From NCBI GenBank assembly GCA_913043225.1, contig CAJWLU010000002.1:192001-256000 (forward strand): a stretch of 64,000 nt of DNA. Direction: 5' to 3'. A program made the translations under genes and the position numbers. Positions 26,764 through 36,795 of the stretch are shown here, piece after piece; within the stretch, counting starts at the first letter, position 1; each line of letters opens with the position of its first letter. This stretch comes from an uncultured Acidobacteriota bacterium (GTDB taxonomy: Bacteria; Acidobacteriota; Vicinamibacteria; Vicinamibacterales; UBA8438). The notes beneath the pieces were generated by a model that was not told the DNA's origin, did not search any database, and saw only the letters and a list, made by a program, of their open reading frames with translations.

Positions 26764-27222
26764 CTACTGCCGGCTGCGAGGCTGATGAGTGCCGAAGACC
26801 TCCAGCTCACCGTCTTCGGTGAACGAGTAGCTCGAGTACTGTCGCCCGCCGGAAATTCCTTCCATGCCCGGCGAGCCGATCGGCATACCCGGTACCGCGA
26901 TGCCCTTGACGTCAGGCCGTTCGGTCAGCAGTTTCTTGATGTCCTCTGCGGGGACGTGACCTTCGACCACGTAGCCATCGACGATCGCGGTGTGGCACGA
27001 CCCGAGCCGTGGCGGCACGCCCTCTTCGATCTTCTTGGGCGTCACGTCAGGCATGTCCGTGGTTGTCACCTTGAATCCGGCGTCTTTGAGATGATTGACC
27101 CATCCCATGCAACAGCCTCAAGTCGGGGCCTTGAAGACCTCCACTACCGGTTCCTGGCTGCGAACGGTCAGGGAGCCGATGCCGACCAGGGCGGCGAACA
27201 GCGCGATCTGAAGCTTACGCAT
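26764..27222 (-). CDS. DUF411/CopG-like secreted metal-binding protein, candidate selenoprotein (UGCC)
   Basis: GGAGG RBS, signal peptide, VEVFKAPT-TGA-GCC-MGWVNHL, then SCHTAIVDGYVVEGHVPA and AVPGMPIGSPGME in the same frame. Confidence 0.8.
27088..27106 (-). promoter_or_regulatory. Putative bacterial SECIS hairpin
   Basis: GGGAUGG-GUCAA-UCAUCUC stem-loop starting 11 nt after the UGA. Confidence 0.55.
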
Positions 27223-27274
27223 GACGTGTGATCCTCCGCGTGAACCTGCGCCCCTGAGGGCGTCGGACTTCAGG

Positions 27275-27844
27275 CTACTCTGTGGCCGCGTCTTCCGCAA
27301 CCCATCGTAGCGCCGGCAGGCCATCGACGCTGGTGGCGTTGTTCTCCTGCTGATAGCGACGGAGCCCGCTTTCGCCTTTGCGAGTGGTCCAGTCGTCGAG
27401 CTGGGGTCGGTCGGTCGTGAACGTGTACTCAGGCACGCCGTAGCCGCAGGAACCGGTGATCCGGTCGACGTCCACGACAATGATAGCTCGACCGGCCGTG
27501 CCGGGATCGAAGCGGGCGCGTGCTCTGGGCCAGTGCTCGTCCTGGGGCTCCAGGACCTGACCTCGTCCGTGGAGTCTCACGATGTTGGGAGGGCCCTCGA
27601 AGGCGCAGAACATCACGACGATGCGTCCGTTCTCTCGCAGGTGCGCAATGGTCTCAGTGCCGCTCCCCACCTGGTCGAGGTAGGAGGCCTGGGTTGGACC
27701 AATCACTCGGAAGCTGTCGAGCCCCTTCGGAGATAGGTTGACGTGGCCGTCGGCTGAGAGCGGCGCCGTCGCGACAAAGAACAGGTGCTGTCGCTCGATA
27801 AACTGACGAAGCTGCGTGTCGAGTGTGTCGTAGTGCTTGCCCAT
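27275..27844 (-). CDS. Pyridoxamine 5'-phosphate oxidase-like FMN-binding protein
   Basis: FFVATAP, NLSPKG, GSGTETIAHLRENGR, SCGYGVP. Confidence 0.85.
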   Translation of the reverse strand: MGKHYDTLDTQLRQFIERQHLFFVATAPLSADGHVNLSPKGLDSFRVIGPTQASYLDQVGSGTETIAHLRENGRIVVMFCAFEGPPNIVRLHGRGQVLEPQDEHWPRARARFDPGTAGRAIIVVDVDRITGSCGYGVPEYTFTTDRPQLDDWTTRKGESGLRRYQQENNATSVDGLPALRWVAEDAATE

Positions 27845-27845
27845 G

Positions 27846-28724
27846 TCATTGATTCTGCCAGCGCCGAAGCAGGTCGTCGTGTAACCGACAGGTCTCGTCG
27901 GCGGTTTCGGCGTTGAGCAGGATGAAGCTGTCCTCGGTATTGACCAGCAGATAGGGTGGTTCGTCCGCCCGGGTGAACAGGAGCCCGTCGCCCAGGGTGT
28001 GGACTCGGAACCGGCCTCGCCGAGTGCCCCCGGCGGAGAACCCCCGAAGTCGGTGACGTACCCGAGGGTGGCCAGGTTCGAGGGAGACGGACGTGATGTC
28101 GTCGAGCTCGATCGTGGCGCCGTAGTTCCCGCTGACGATGAACTCTGCGGCGGTGACCTGCGCGGTTGACGGCTGACCGCTGCGGTAGAACATCACGCCG
28201 GTCACGAGGAGGAGGGGTACGCCAATGACGATGACCGGCGCGAGAGCGACGCCAGGAATCGTGGAGTCGCCGGCTACCTCCAGTTCTTTCTCCTCACGGC
28301 TCTCGAATCCGTGGACCGCGATGGAAGGATTGTGCCGGCTCAGGATGGCGACGAATCCGTCCCGGTCACGGGGTGATACCTGAGTTCGGCCAGTCGCATG
28401 CACGAGCTCGATCCGGTCCAGAGAGAGGGCTAGCGCCGAGAGCAGGCTCCGGCTCGGTCGCAGCGAGCGGATTGAGTCGAGGGGGATCAGTTCCCTGAGC
28501 CACATGCACCGTACGTCGAGCTCGTAATTCGTCACCGTGTAGCTGGTCGAGGAGAGTCCCCAGCCTATCAGCGCGACCGGAGTGAAGACGACCAGCGGGA
28601 CCCAGATGTGGCCCTCGGTCGCCGCGCGCCCGGCGGGGTACAGCCCGATGAGGACAGGAAGGACGGTGGCGGTGATGACCCAGCCGTCGATCTTTAACCG
28701 GAAACGCAGATCGGTCGCAGTCAC
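27846..28724 (-). CDS. Membrane protein with bacterial PH-like domains
   Basis: FRLKIDGW, two TM, SALALSLDRIEL, VSPRDRDGF; second TM plus PH-like segment; GTGA overlap with plsC. Confidence 0.65.
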   Translation of the reverse strand: MTATDLRFRLKIDGWVITATVLPVLIGLYPAGRAATEGHIWVPLVVFTPVALIGWGLSSTSYTVTNYELDVRCMWLRELIPLDSIRSLRPSRSLLSALALSLDRIELVHATGRTQVSPRDRDGFVAILSRHNPSIAVHGFESREEKELEVAGDSTIPGVALAPVIVIGVPLLLVTGVMFYRSGQPSTAQVTAAEFIVSGNYGATIELDDITSVSLEPGHPRVRHRLRGFSAGGTRRGRFRVHTLGDGLLFTRADEPPYLLVNTEDSFILLNAETADETCRLHDDLLRRWQNQ

Positions 28725-29470
28725 GAATTCGCTCCGGCACGTTTGGCCGACCACTCGTCGAGTGTGTCCTGGATCGCGGCGCGGGTATGTGAGATCAGCT
28801 CGTTAATCTGGGCGTCGGTGTAGTCGGCTGTGTCGATCGGCTCGCCGATGATGACATCGACCCGACCTGGTCGCGGAGCCAGAGTTGTCTTAGGGAGCAG
28901 AGCAAAAGTCCCGCAGATGGTGACCGGAATGATCGGCACGCCCGCCTTCATCGCGATCTTGAATGTGCCTGGTTGGAATTTCTGGAGCTGTCCATCGGGC
29001 GTCCGGGTGCCCTCCGGGAACACGGCCAGTGAGCGCCCGCCGCGCACCCCCTCGATGGTGCGTCGCACGCTGGCTACCGTGCGCCTGGCGTTGCCCCGGT
29101 CGATCGGAAAGTGTCCCGCGGTCCACAGATGCCAGCCCATGAACGGGACGTAGAATAGCTCCCGCTTTGCCATGATTCTGAACGGGTAGGGCAGGTAGGC
29201 AAAGAGCGCCGGTGTGTCGATCAGACTGGAATGGTTGGCCATGTAGACGTAGGGCCGTCCAGGCTCGACGTGTTCGTTGCCGTGGACCCGGATCCGCGCG
29301 AAGATCGACCACGCCACGAGCCGGCACCACCATCGAGCGCACCAGAACTGCCGATTACCCGTCCGGTCGAATGGCCAGACCAGGAGCGACAGCGACCCCA
29401 TCACCACCGTGTGGGTGTACCAGAGCAGGTTGGCGAGCGGCGCCCAGAGATAGACGAGGAGGAGTCGCAC
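28721..29470 (-). CDS. plsC: 1-acyl-sn-glycerol-3-phosphate acyltransferase
   Basis: NHSSLID, AKREL, FPEGTR, IIPVTI. Confidence 0.88.
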   Translation of the reverse strand: MRLLLVYLWAPLANLLWYTHTVVMGSLSLLVWPFDRTGNRQFWCARWWCRLVAWSIFARIRVHGNEHVEPGRPYVYMANHSSLIDTPALFAYLPYPFRIMAKRELFYVPFMGWHLWTAGHFPIDRGNARRTVASVRRTIEGVRGGRSLAVFPEGTRTPDGQLQKFQPGTFKIAMKAGVPIIPVTICGTFALLPKTTLAPRPGRVDVIIGEPIDTADYTDAQINELISHTRAAIQDTLDEWSAKRAGANS

Positions 29471-29479
29471 GGTTCGTGG

Positions 29480-29587
29480 CTAGGCCGGTCTGGTGGCCTT
29501 CAGGTTGGCAAGGACGGCGCGTCCACGCGCCGAGAGGGAATACCCGGTCTTGTGGCTGATGGTTAGCCCGAGGTTCTTGAGCAGCAT
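29480..29587 (-). pseudogene. C-terminal stub of a winged-helix-like conserved hypothetical protein
   Basis: LKNLGLTISHKTGYSLSARGRAVL* with no N-terminal part. Confidence 0.45.
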
Positions 29588-29626
29588 CAGTCCGTCCGCC
29601 CGGCGATTTTATCCCCGCGCGAGCGC

Positions 29627-30325
29627 TTAGCGGGGAAGTGCCGCCCTTGTGTAGAAGATGTTGATGAGGGCTTGACCGCGGGCCAGTGCGTCCGGTTGTT
29701 CGAGGAGACCGAGACGGTCCAGAGGTTCGATGTCGATCAGCTGGGCGACGCCGTTGACCACATCCTCGTCGGCGAGTCCGTCTGGGATCTGGATGCCAGG
29801 GAGTCCGATTGGCAGCAGTCCCGCCAATTCGTCTCGGAGATCCTCGAGCTCGAGCCGTTCAGAGGGTGACAGCACCTCCGGAATCGGTTCGATGTTGGCA
29901 AGTCGATAGGAGCGACTATGGTCTTCACTGGTGATCCGGAACTTGCTGATACCGCCCAGCACGATGTTGTAGCGGCCGTCGGGCAGCTCTTCGGCCTCGG
30001 CGATGACCCCGACGCAGCCCACCGAGAACACCGGGGGGTTCCCCTCGTAGTTTCCCTCGCGGCTCGGTTCGAGCAGCACCATTCCGATCAGTCGATCGCC
30101 GGCCAGCGCGTCGGCCACCATGTCCCGATACCGCTGCTCGAAGATATGCAACGGGCGGGTCGCCCGCGGGAACAGCATGATGTCCTGCAGCGGGAAAATT
30201 GGGATCGTGCTGGGCAGCACGGTGGGGGCGTACCCACGGGTGGTGGAACCCTGTGCCTCGGACGGCGTTGCCGTCGCGAGCACAGAGACGCACAGGATCA
30301 CGGCGGTTAGTCGACACACGAGCAT
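29627..30325 (-). CDS. LON peptidase substrate-binding domain protein
   Basis: IPIFPL, PLHIFEQRYRDMV, LPDGRYNI. Confidence 0.85.
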   Translation of the reverse strand: MLVCRLTAVILCVSVLATATPSEAQGSTTRGYAPTVLPSTIPIFPLQDIMLFPRATRPLHIFEQRYRDMVADALAGDRLIGMVLLEPSREGNYEGNPPVFSVGCVGVIAEAEELPDGRYNIVLGGISKFRITSEDHSRSYRLANIEPIPEVLSPSERLELEDLRDELAGLLPIGLPGIQIPDGLADEDVVNGVAQLIDIEPLDRLGLLEQPDALARGQALINIFYTRAALPR

Positions 30326-30615
30326 CTGTGAGGTCCCCTCGCGCGCCCGGCAGCCGCGTTAGGAGGCCATTCGGTCGCGGGCGCTGAGTCCGTGCTGGCG
30401 ATAGCCGATAGGTCGCGCCACACTGTCTCCAGAGGGGCAGGCTATCACGGTCTGACGGTCCTGGGCGTCGCGGAGCGGAGTCACGACCGTTCGTGTGCAG
30501 GACGGGGATCGTCCGGGTTGAGCGCGACTGCCGATATTTTCCGACGCCGGATCCGAGCGGGTCCAGTCACACCCTGTCCATACGCCGATTGCCTTCTTTT
30601 GGTTCACCGCTGTGT

Positions 30616-31476
30616 TCAGGAGCGGACGGCGGTGAGTCCGAACAGACCTGCGGAGGCGGTCTCCTCGTCCGACGCCAGGGAACTGTGTACTTCGATCTGT
30701 TCGAGGCCGGCTTTCCGCAGCGTCTCGGCCAGTTTGTCCGTCTCCCAAGCACAGGTCGACATGGCGTGTCGTTTGACCGCTCCTGAGGCGAGGTCCACGA
30801 CGTGCCAGCGTTCGGTGGCGGTACGCGACGCTGTGTCCCAGAACGGCTCGTGGAGTAGCAGGTGGGGGTGGGGTGAGAACAATCCGGCATCTAGGGTTTC
30901 CCAGGTGGGAATGCCCTCGCCCGTGTCCCGAACCGATTCGGCGAGCTGAGGTTCGAGGATCAATGTGCCGCCTGGCGCGAGCGCCGTCCCGGCCCGCGTG
31001 AGCAGCTCGCGGGCAATTGATCGGGGGAAGACGTTCAGCTGACCGAAGAGCAGCATCACCACGTCATACCCCTCGCCGAAGGCTGCGGTGCGGAGATCAA
31101 CCTCCTCGAACTCACAGTCGAGCACGTCTGTTTTGGCCACGGTGCGGGCATGGCGGATGGCGGCTGGTGCGAAGTCGAGGCCGCGTCCATGGTGACCGAG
31201 TTCGGCGAGCCCGTGCAGGTACAGTCCGGGACCACAGGCCAGATCTAATACGCGCCCCGTGGTGGGAGGCACACGGGCGGCGATGAACCGGAGTTGGGCG
31301 TCGATGACCTGCTGGCGTCGACTGGCCCGGTCGTGGTCCTGTGACAGATGTTCGACTAGCACCCGTTCGCTGAATGCCGGGTCATTCCATGGCAGGTTGT
31401 CGCCGTCCTGCCATGGCACGGCCGGAATCGCTCGACCGGCTATCGTCGCGAGCCGGCTCGCTTCGTTCGTGGTCAT
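30616..31476 (-). CDS. Class I SAM-dependent methyltransferase
   Basis: VLDLACGPG, GLDFAP, ALAPGG. Confidence 0.85.
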   Translation of the reverse strand: MTTNEASRLATIAGRAIPAVPWQDGDNLPWNDPAFSERVLVEHLSQDHDRASRRQQVIDAQLRFIAARVPPTTGRVLDLACGPGLYLHGLAELGHHGRGLDFAPAAIRHARTVAKTDVLDCEFEEVDLRTAAFGEGYDVVMLLFGQLNVFPRSIARELLTRAGTALAPGGTLILEPQLAESVRDTGEGIPTWETLDAGLFSPHPHLLLHEPFWDTASRTATERWHVVDLASGAVKRHAMSTCAWETDKLAETLRKAGLEQIEVHSSLASDEETASAGLFGLTAVRS

Positions 31477-31581
31477 GCCGCTATCTGACGTAGCCCGGTC
31501 GTTACCACCTCCGCGAACGCTGCCGACTATTCGACGAACGGCTTCCGGAGGGGGCCGACCACGAACAGGCGGTATTAGGCC

Positions 31582-33483
31582 TTACCGGGGCCGGTTGAGG
31601 GCGAAGACTACGCCGAACAGGACAACGCCAGCCGCATCGAGAATCGGCACCGGCAGGCCTGCGAGCGCCACCGAAGGTCCGGGGGCAAGGAGCAGTGCCG
31701 CGGCGCCGAACATGGCGATCCGGAGCGGGGCGGGCAAGGCTGTTCTGAGTTGGCCCGTGATCCCGGAGGCGAAGCAGAGCACGCCGAGGACCCCGATGAC
31801 CACCGGGACCAGCATTTCCGACGGACTGGCCGCATCACCGGTCGCGGTGAGCATCAGTAACTCGGGGCGGTACACGAAGATATAGGGCAGCGTGAAGCCG
31901 ACCAGGGCGAAGCGGAAGGCCGCCAGGCTGGTCTGCATGATGTTCGTACCGGCAATGGAGGCGGCGGCGTAGCCTGCCAGGGCCACCGGTGGGGTAACCA
32001 TCGACATCATGCCGAAGTAGAAGATGAAGAAGTGGGCGGCCAGAGTCACCACGCCCAGGTTTTCCAGCACGGATCCGATCAGAGTGGCCAGCAGGAGATA
32101 ACAGACGGCCGAGGGTAGGCCCATGCCTAGGATAATCGACGACACCATGATCAGCACCAGCGCGAGGAAGAGGCTCTGCTCGGCCAGCGGAAGGATCGTG
32201 GCTGGCAAGCGGGTGCCGATGCCGGTCAGGGTGACGATGCCGATGATGATGCCCACTGACGCCGACGCCGCCACCAGCGAAATGACATCACGGGCCGACT
32301 TGACGAAGGCCTTGAAGATAGCGCCTACCTCCAGACGGGTGCGCGGGTGGAATGCCCCCACCACCACGATGGCTAGCAGCGACATGCTTACGGCGCGGAA
32401 GGGCGTGTAGCCGACGATCAATAGCGTGATCAGAGTGCCGAGCGCGGTCACGAAGACCATCCCCTCGGGACGCAGCTCCGCCAGCGACTTGGTCTGGGTC
32501 GGCTCGGCGTCGTCGACCGAGGCGGTGGCGGAGACGCTTCGCGCCTGGAAGTGAGTGATCAGGAACAGCGACAGGTAGTACAGGACCCCTGGGATCAGGG
32601 CGGCGCGGATGATCTGGAGATAGGTTACCCCGGGGATGATCTCCAGCATCATGTAGGCGCCGGCGCCCATCACTGGTGGCATCAGCGCGCCGCCGGAGCT
32701 GGCGGCGGCCTGAATGCCTGCGGCCGTCGTCGCCTTGAAGCCGGCACTCCGCATCATCGGGATCGTAAAGGTGCCGGTGGTCGCGGTATTGGCCACCGCG
32801 CTTCCCGAGAGCGATCCCATGAGCCCGCTGCTGAGCACCGCCACCTTGGCCGGGCCGCCCGGGCTTCGGCCGAAGACCGACTGCGCGAAATCGATGATGA
32901 ACTTCGTAGCCCCGGTGGCGCTCAGGAATGCTCCGAAGATGACGAACAGGAACACGTACGTGAACATCACCCCCAAGGCCACGCCAAAGGTGCCCTGCGC
33001 TTGCAGGAACGTCTGTGCCACGATGCGGGGCAGCGTGTAGCCACGGTGGGGGAATAGCCAGTCGGGCATGCTGGGCCCGATATAGGCGTAGATCAGGAAG
33101 AGCCCGCACAGAATCGGGAGCGCCCAACCGAGCGATCGCCGCGCCGCCTCGATCACCAGTACGAGGCCGATGACACCCACCAGTATGTCGGTTGGCGTTT
33201 CGAATCCGGCCCGATTCCCGAGGGTCGACCCGTTCTGCCAGAACGCCTCAAAGTACGGCTCGTTCTGCATCATGACCCAGCCGCAGCAGGCAGCGGCGAG
33301 CAACGCCAGGACCACGTCGCTGGCCTTGGCTACCGGATGGTTTTTGAGCGAAGGGTGAAGCGGAACGTTGAGGAAGCAGATGACGAGCCCCAGCAGGGCG
33401 AATAGCGCTAGCTGGGGGAGCGGGGCCAGCAGCGGATAGTTCACTTGTACCAGTGTGAACACGCAAAGCCCGACCGCCAGCAC
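31582..33483 (-). CDS. TRAP transporter fused permease (4TM/12TM, TAXI-type)
   Basis: GGPAKVAV, SGSAVAN, MPPVMGAGAY, ILGMGLP, TPPVAL; start uncertain. Confidence 0.9.
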   Translation of the reverse strand: MLAVGLCVFTLVQVNYPLLAPLPQLALFALLGLVICFLNVPLHPSLKNHPVAKASDVVLALLAAACCGWVMMQNEPYFEAFWQNGSTLGNRAGFETPTDILVGVIGLVLVIEAARRSLGWALPILCGLFLIYAYIGPSMPDWLFPHRGYTLPRIVAQTFLQAQGTFGVALGVMFTYVFLFVIFGAFLSATGATKFIIDFAQSVFGRSPGGPAKVAVLSSGLMGSLSGSAVANTATTGTFTIPMMRSAGFKATTAAGIQAAASSGGALMPPVMGAGAYMMLEIIPGVTYLQIIRAALIPGVLYYLSLFLITHFQARSVSATASVDDAEPTQTKSLAELRPEGMVFVTALGTLITLLIVGYTPFRAVSMSLLAIVVVGAFHPRTRLEVGAIFKAFVKSARDVISLVAASASVGIIIGIVTLTGIGTRLPATILPLAEQSLFLALVLIMVSSIILGMGLPSAVCYLLLATLIGSVLENLGVVTLAAHFFIFYFGMMSMVTPPVALAGYAAASIAGTNIMQTSLAAFRFALVGFTLPYIFVYRPELLMLTATGDAASPSEMLVPVVIGVLGVLCFASGITGQLRTALPAPLRIAMFGAAALLLAPGPSVALAGLPVPILDAAGVVLFGVVFALNRPR

Positions 33484-33530
33484 ACGGGTGACGTGCTGCC
33501 GCGGAGTGACCAGGCCAGAGGGTGCCGTCT

Positions 33531-34511
33531 TTACGGCCAGATTCCGATCTCCTGATAGAAGCGGATGGAGCCGGGGTGAAACTCTGTGCCGCTGTCACGC
33601 ACCACGTTGGCGGCCACGATGGCCCGACCGGCACCGTGGCGCTCCACCACGCTGGCCGCGTTCTCGTAGAGCGTCTTCGTGACGTTGTAGACCAATTCCT
33701 CGTCGGCGTTTGACGAGGTGATTAGGTGCATCGACCCGACGTCGAGTCCCTCGAACGCCTCGTTCTGGCCGCGGTAGGTGTCGGCTGGGATCGTCGCCGG
33801 GCGGAAGAACAGATACTCGTCGATCAGTCCCTGCTTGGCGGTCTCGTCGAAGGGAATGAAGTGGATGTCCTGCGACGCCGACGCCTGGGTGATGGCCGGG
33901 TTGGGAATCGCGCCGCCCACGAACACTGCCGCCGCCGAACCGTCGGCCAGCAGGTCGACGGCCCCGGACTGGGTGGCATTGACCGGGTCGAAATCGTCGT
34001 AGGTGATGCCATGCGCGCCGAGCAGCGGACGGATGAAGTACTCGAAGCCAGCTCCTGCCACGCCGACGCCGACACGTTCACCGCGCAGATCCGCCATCGT
34101 CTCGACACCCGAGTCGGTCGGCGTGATCCAGAGCGCGACATTGGGCGCCAGCGTCATCACCGTGCGCATCGGGTAGGCCTGGTCCCAGCCCTCGGTGCCA
34201 CGCACGGCGAAGTAGGTGATGGCGGCGTTCGATAGAGCGAAATCGAGCTCGCCGCTCACTAGTCGACGGATGTTCTCCTGCGAGCCGCTGGTCGCCTCAG
34301 CGGTGGTGTTCCAGCCAAAGCCGGCGCCGAACTCGTTCATGACCTCGGCCAGCGCGCTCCCGAAGACGAAGAAGGTCCCGCCCGGGGGCGCGGTGCCCAT
34401 ACTCACGAAGACCCGCGACGGCGCGTCATCGTTACCGCCACCGTCCCCGCCGCCGCACGCGACGGCGGTCGCGGCGAGAGTGAGCGCTATACAAAACCCA
34501 AGTCGACGCAT
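33531..34511 (-). CDS. TAXI family TRAP solute-binding lipoprotein
   Basis: Lipobox AVAC; GTAPPGGTF, TSGSQENI, IPADTY, FHPGSIRFY. Confidence 0.9.
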   Translation of the reverse strand: MRRLGFCIALTLAATAVACGGGDGGGNDDAPSRVFVSMGTAPPGGTFFVFGSALAEVMNEFGAGFGWNTTAEATSGSQENIRRLVSGELDFALSNAAITYFAVRGTEGWDQAYPMRTVMTLAPNVALWITPTDSGVETMADLRGERVGVGVAGAGFEYFIRPLLGAHGITYDDFDPVNATQSGAVDLLADGSAAAVFVGGAIPNPAITQASASQDIHFIPFDETAKQGLIDEYLFFRPATIPADTYRGQNEAFEGLDVGSMHLITSSNADEELVYNVTKTLYENAASVVERHGAGRAIVAANVVRDSGTEFHPGSIRFYQEIGIWP

Positions 34512-34659
34512 CTGCTTGCTTCTCCTGGCCCGGACCGCTCGTGGTCAGGGCGAAGTCCCTTGGATCGAACCCGTGACCGCGAGCGGTCAGAGCGGAATCG
34601 TCCAGGTCGGACCCGTAATGGTACCCCAGGGCCGACGCGGGGACCGCACGGACGGCAAA

Positions 34660-35019
34660 GAAACCGGTCCGAAGATGGAGAGCAGGTGTCCGTCTAGATC
34701 CCGGAAGTTGGCGGCCTACTGGTCACGTTTCGTGGTGCGGCGAGAAATTCGATGCCGCGGGCCGAGAGTGTCACTTGGGCTTGGTTAACGTCGTCGACCA
34801 CGAACACGATTTCCGTGTCGTGTGCGACCGGCTCGGAGAGTTTGGCGTGCGCCGTGCTCAGCGTCAGCGTGATCCCGCCATTACCAAGAAACACGGACCC
34901 CTCGCGTTCTGAGACTGCATCGCACGATCGAGCGTTTCGACGTAGAAGTCGACCGACCGGACCAGGTCCGTCGTGCCCAGCATGACCTTCGAGACACCCT
35001 TGAGCTTGACGTTAGTCAT
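34660..35019 (-). pseudogene. VOC/glyoxalase family pseudogene
   Basis: Three frames: MTNVKLKGVSKVMLGTTDLVRSVDFY / FLGNGGITLTL...IVFVVDDV...RGIEF / *AANFRDLDGHLLSIFGP. Confidence 0.7.
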
Positions 35020-36334
35020 CGGCCGAATCCTTCACCACGAACCGCCGCGATTTCAGTTCGAATCGAGGCAGCGTACCCGCGTCGACGGCGCACACGGGCA
35101 CGGTCAGACCGAGTGCCTCCTGCACCACCTGACCGACCCTGGCGGCGACCGTCTCTGGTTCGCCCGTCGTCGGCGCAACCTCGACTTCGATCGACAGCTC
35201 GTGGAGCGGACTCGTGGCGTTCACGGTCGAGCGGAATTCGGTCACTTGGGTTACCTGTCGAACTAGCGCTTCGATCGCAACCGGATAGACGTTGACTCCT
35301 CGCACACAAACCATGTCGTCCGCGCGTGACAGCACCCCGCCCTCGATCTGGCGGAGTGTACGGCCGCATGTACAGGGCGTCGATCGAAGTCTGACGATGT
35401 CCCTGGTGCGGTAGCGAATGACGGGGCTGGCGATGCGCCCCAGGTTGGTGACGACGAGCTCCCCTGGCTCGCCCTCCGCCGCTGGCCGGTCCGAGCCGGG
35501 ATCGAGGAGCTCACAGATGAACTGCGTCTCGTTTAGGTGAAGCGCGCCCGGGTGTTCCCAGCACTCGAAGCTCACCGGGCCCACCTCGGTCAGTCCGTGG
35601 TGATCGATCACCCTGGCGCCCCAGCCTTGCTCGATCTGCCAGCGCGTGGCGTCGATGCTGCCGCCTGGTTCTCCGGCGACCACGATGGTGCGCACCGTCG
35701 AGATGGGCAGATCTAGGCCCATGGCCCGCGCCACCTCGAGAAGACGGAGCGCATAGGTGGGGGTGCAGCAGACGACCTCGGGAGCCACCGCGTCGAGGAG
35801 CTTGAGCCTGGTCTCGCTCGACATGCCTCCCGCCGGCACGACTCGGGCCCCGAGCTGAGTCGCCGCGTCGAAGGCCGACCAGAACCCGAGGAACGGTCCG
35901 AAGCCGAACGGGAACAGGATAGTGTCGCCAATCCCGATGCGGGCGGCGTGGAACACCGAACGCCAGCAGTCGGCGACCCAGCGCCAGCTCTCCGGAGTGT
36001 CGAGCCAGCGGAGCGGCGGGCCGGTGGTGGACGAAGTTTGGTGATAGCGGGTGTAGCGGGTCAGCGGTTCGGTGTGCGCGGTGCCCCAAGGAGGCGTGGC
36101 TGCCTGGTCCGATGCGAGCTCCTGCTTCGTGGTTAGGGGAAGCCGCGCCAGGTCTTCCAGGGTACGGATCTCGCTGAGATTGACCCCAGCGGACAGGAAT
36201 TTCTCCGTATAGAAGCGATTCGTGCCGTCCACTGCACCGAGTAGCTCCGTCAGTCGGACGAACTGCTGGTGCCGACGTTCGTCACTCGAGAGGCACTCCG
36301 ACGGGGGCGGTGCCCACCGCGGGTCGCCCGTCAT
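35012..36334 (-). CDS. Phenylacetate-CoA ligase (PaaK)-family aryl-CoA ligase
   Basis: HQTSSTTG, DHHGLTEVG, IRYRTRD, RADDMVCVRGVNVYP, LPRFELKSRR. Confidence 0.88.
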   Translation of the reverse strand: MTGDPRWAPPPSECLSSDERRHQQFVRLTELLGAVDGTNRFYTEKFLSAGVNLSEIRTLEDLARLPLTTKQELASDQAATPPWGTAHTEPLTRYTRYHQTSSTTGPPLRWLDTPESWRWVADCWRSVFHAARIGIGDTILFPFGFGPFLGFWSAFDAATQLGARVVPAGGMSSETRLKLLDAVAPEVVCCTPTYALRLLEVARAMGLDLPISTVRTIVVAGEPGGSIDATRWQIEQGWGARVIDHHGLTEVGPVSFECWEHPGALHLNETQFICELLDPGSDRPAAEGEPGELVVTNLGRIASPVIRYRTRDIVRLRSTPCTCGRTLRQIEGGVLSRADDMVCVRGVNVYPVAIEALVRQVTQVTEFRSTVNATSPLHELSIEVEVAPTTGEPETVAARVGQVVQEALGLTVPVCAVDAGTLPRFELKSRRFVVKDSADD

Positions 36335-36795
36335 AACGACCCTGCTCCCGGTGCTTCCGTGAAGCGCTCGGCGATTTCGGCCGGGATGGGCGTGCCCCGC
36401 ATCGGCTCACCGGGCACTTTGGTGACGCAAGCGATGGTGAGGGCGCCTCTCGCCACGGTATCTCCTGCCGACTTGATCTCGGCGGTGTAGGAGAGGCTCT
36501 TCCCCGACTTCCGCGCGATCCTGAGCACAACCTCGAACTCGTCCTCAAAGCGCAGCGGTCTCAAGAACTCGAAATTCGTGGCGACCCGAGGGAATCCGAT
36601 GCGGGCCGAGGGCGGCGCGATGCTCAGACCGGCTTTCCGCCACATGGCGTGTTCGGCTTCCTCCATGTACCGAAAGAACACGCTGAAGTGGACGATGCCG
36701 GCGGTGTCGGTCTCGTAGAACTGAACGCGACGCTTGAGGCGGAACTCGCTGATCGGAGTAAACATGGCAGGGGTTTGACCACTCCCGCCTCTCAA
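36331..36795 (-). CDS. Hot-dog acyl-CoA thioesterase (4HBT/YbgC family)
   Basis: RVQFYETDTAGIVHFSVFFRYMEEAE, PLRFED; alternative start ATG 36765. Confidence 0.88.
   Translation of the reverse strand: MRGGSGQTPAMFTPISEFRLKRRVQFYETDTAGIVHFSVFFRYMEEAEHAMWRKAGLSIAPPSARIGFPRVATNFEFLRPLRFEDEFEVVLRIARKSGKSLSYTAEIKSAGDTVARGALTIACVTKVPGEPMRGTPIPAEIAERFTEAPGAGSL

Noticed and set aside
30326..30615. Intergenic gap as hidden gene or RNA
   Set aside because: No recognisable coding or structural signal
35012..36334. Phenylacetate catabolism (paa) operon
   Set aside because: No paaABCDE, paaG or paaZ nearby; neighbours point to biosynthesis
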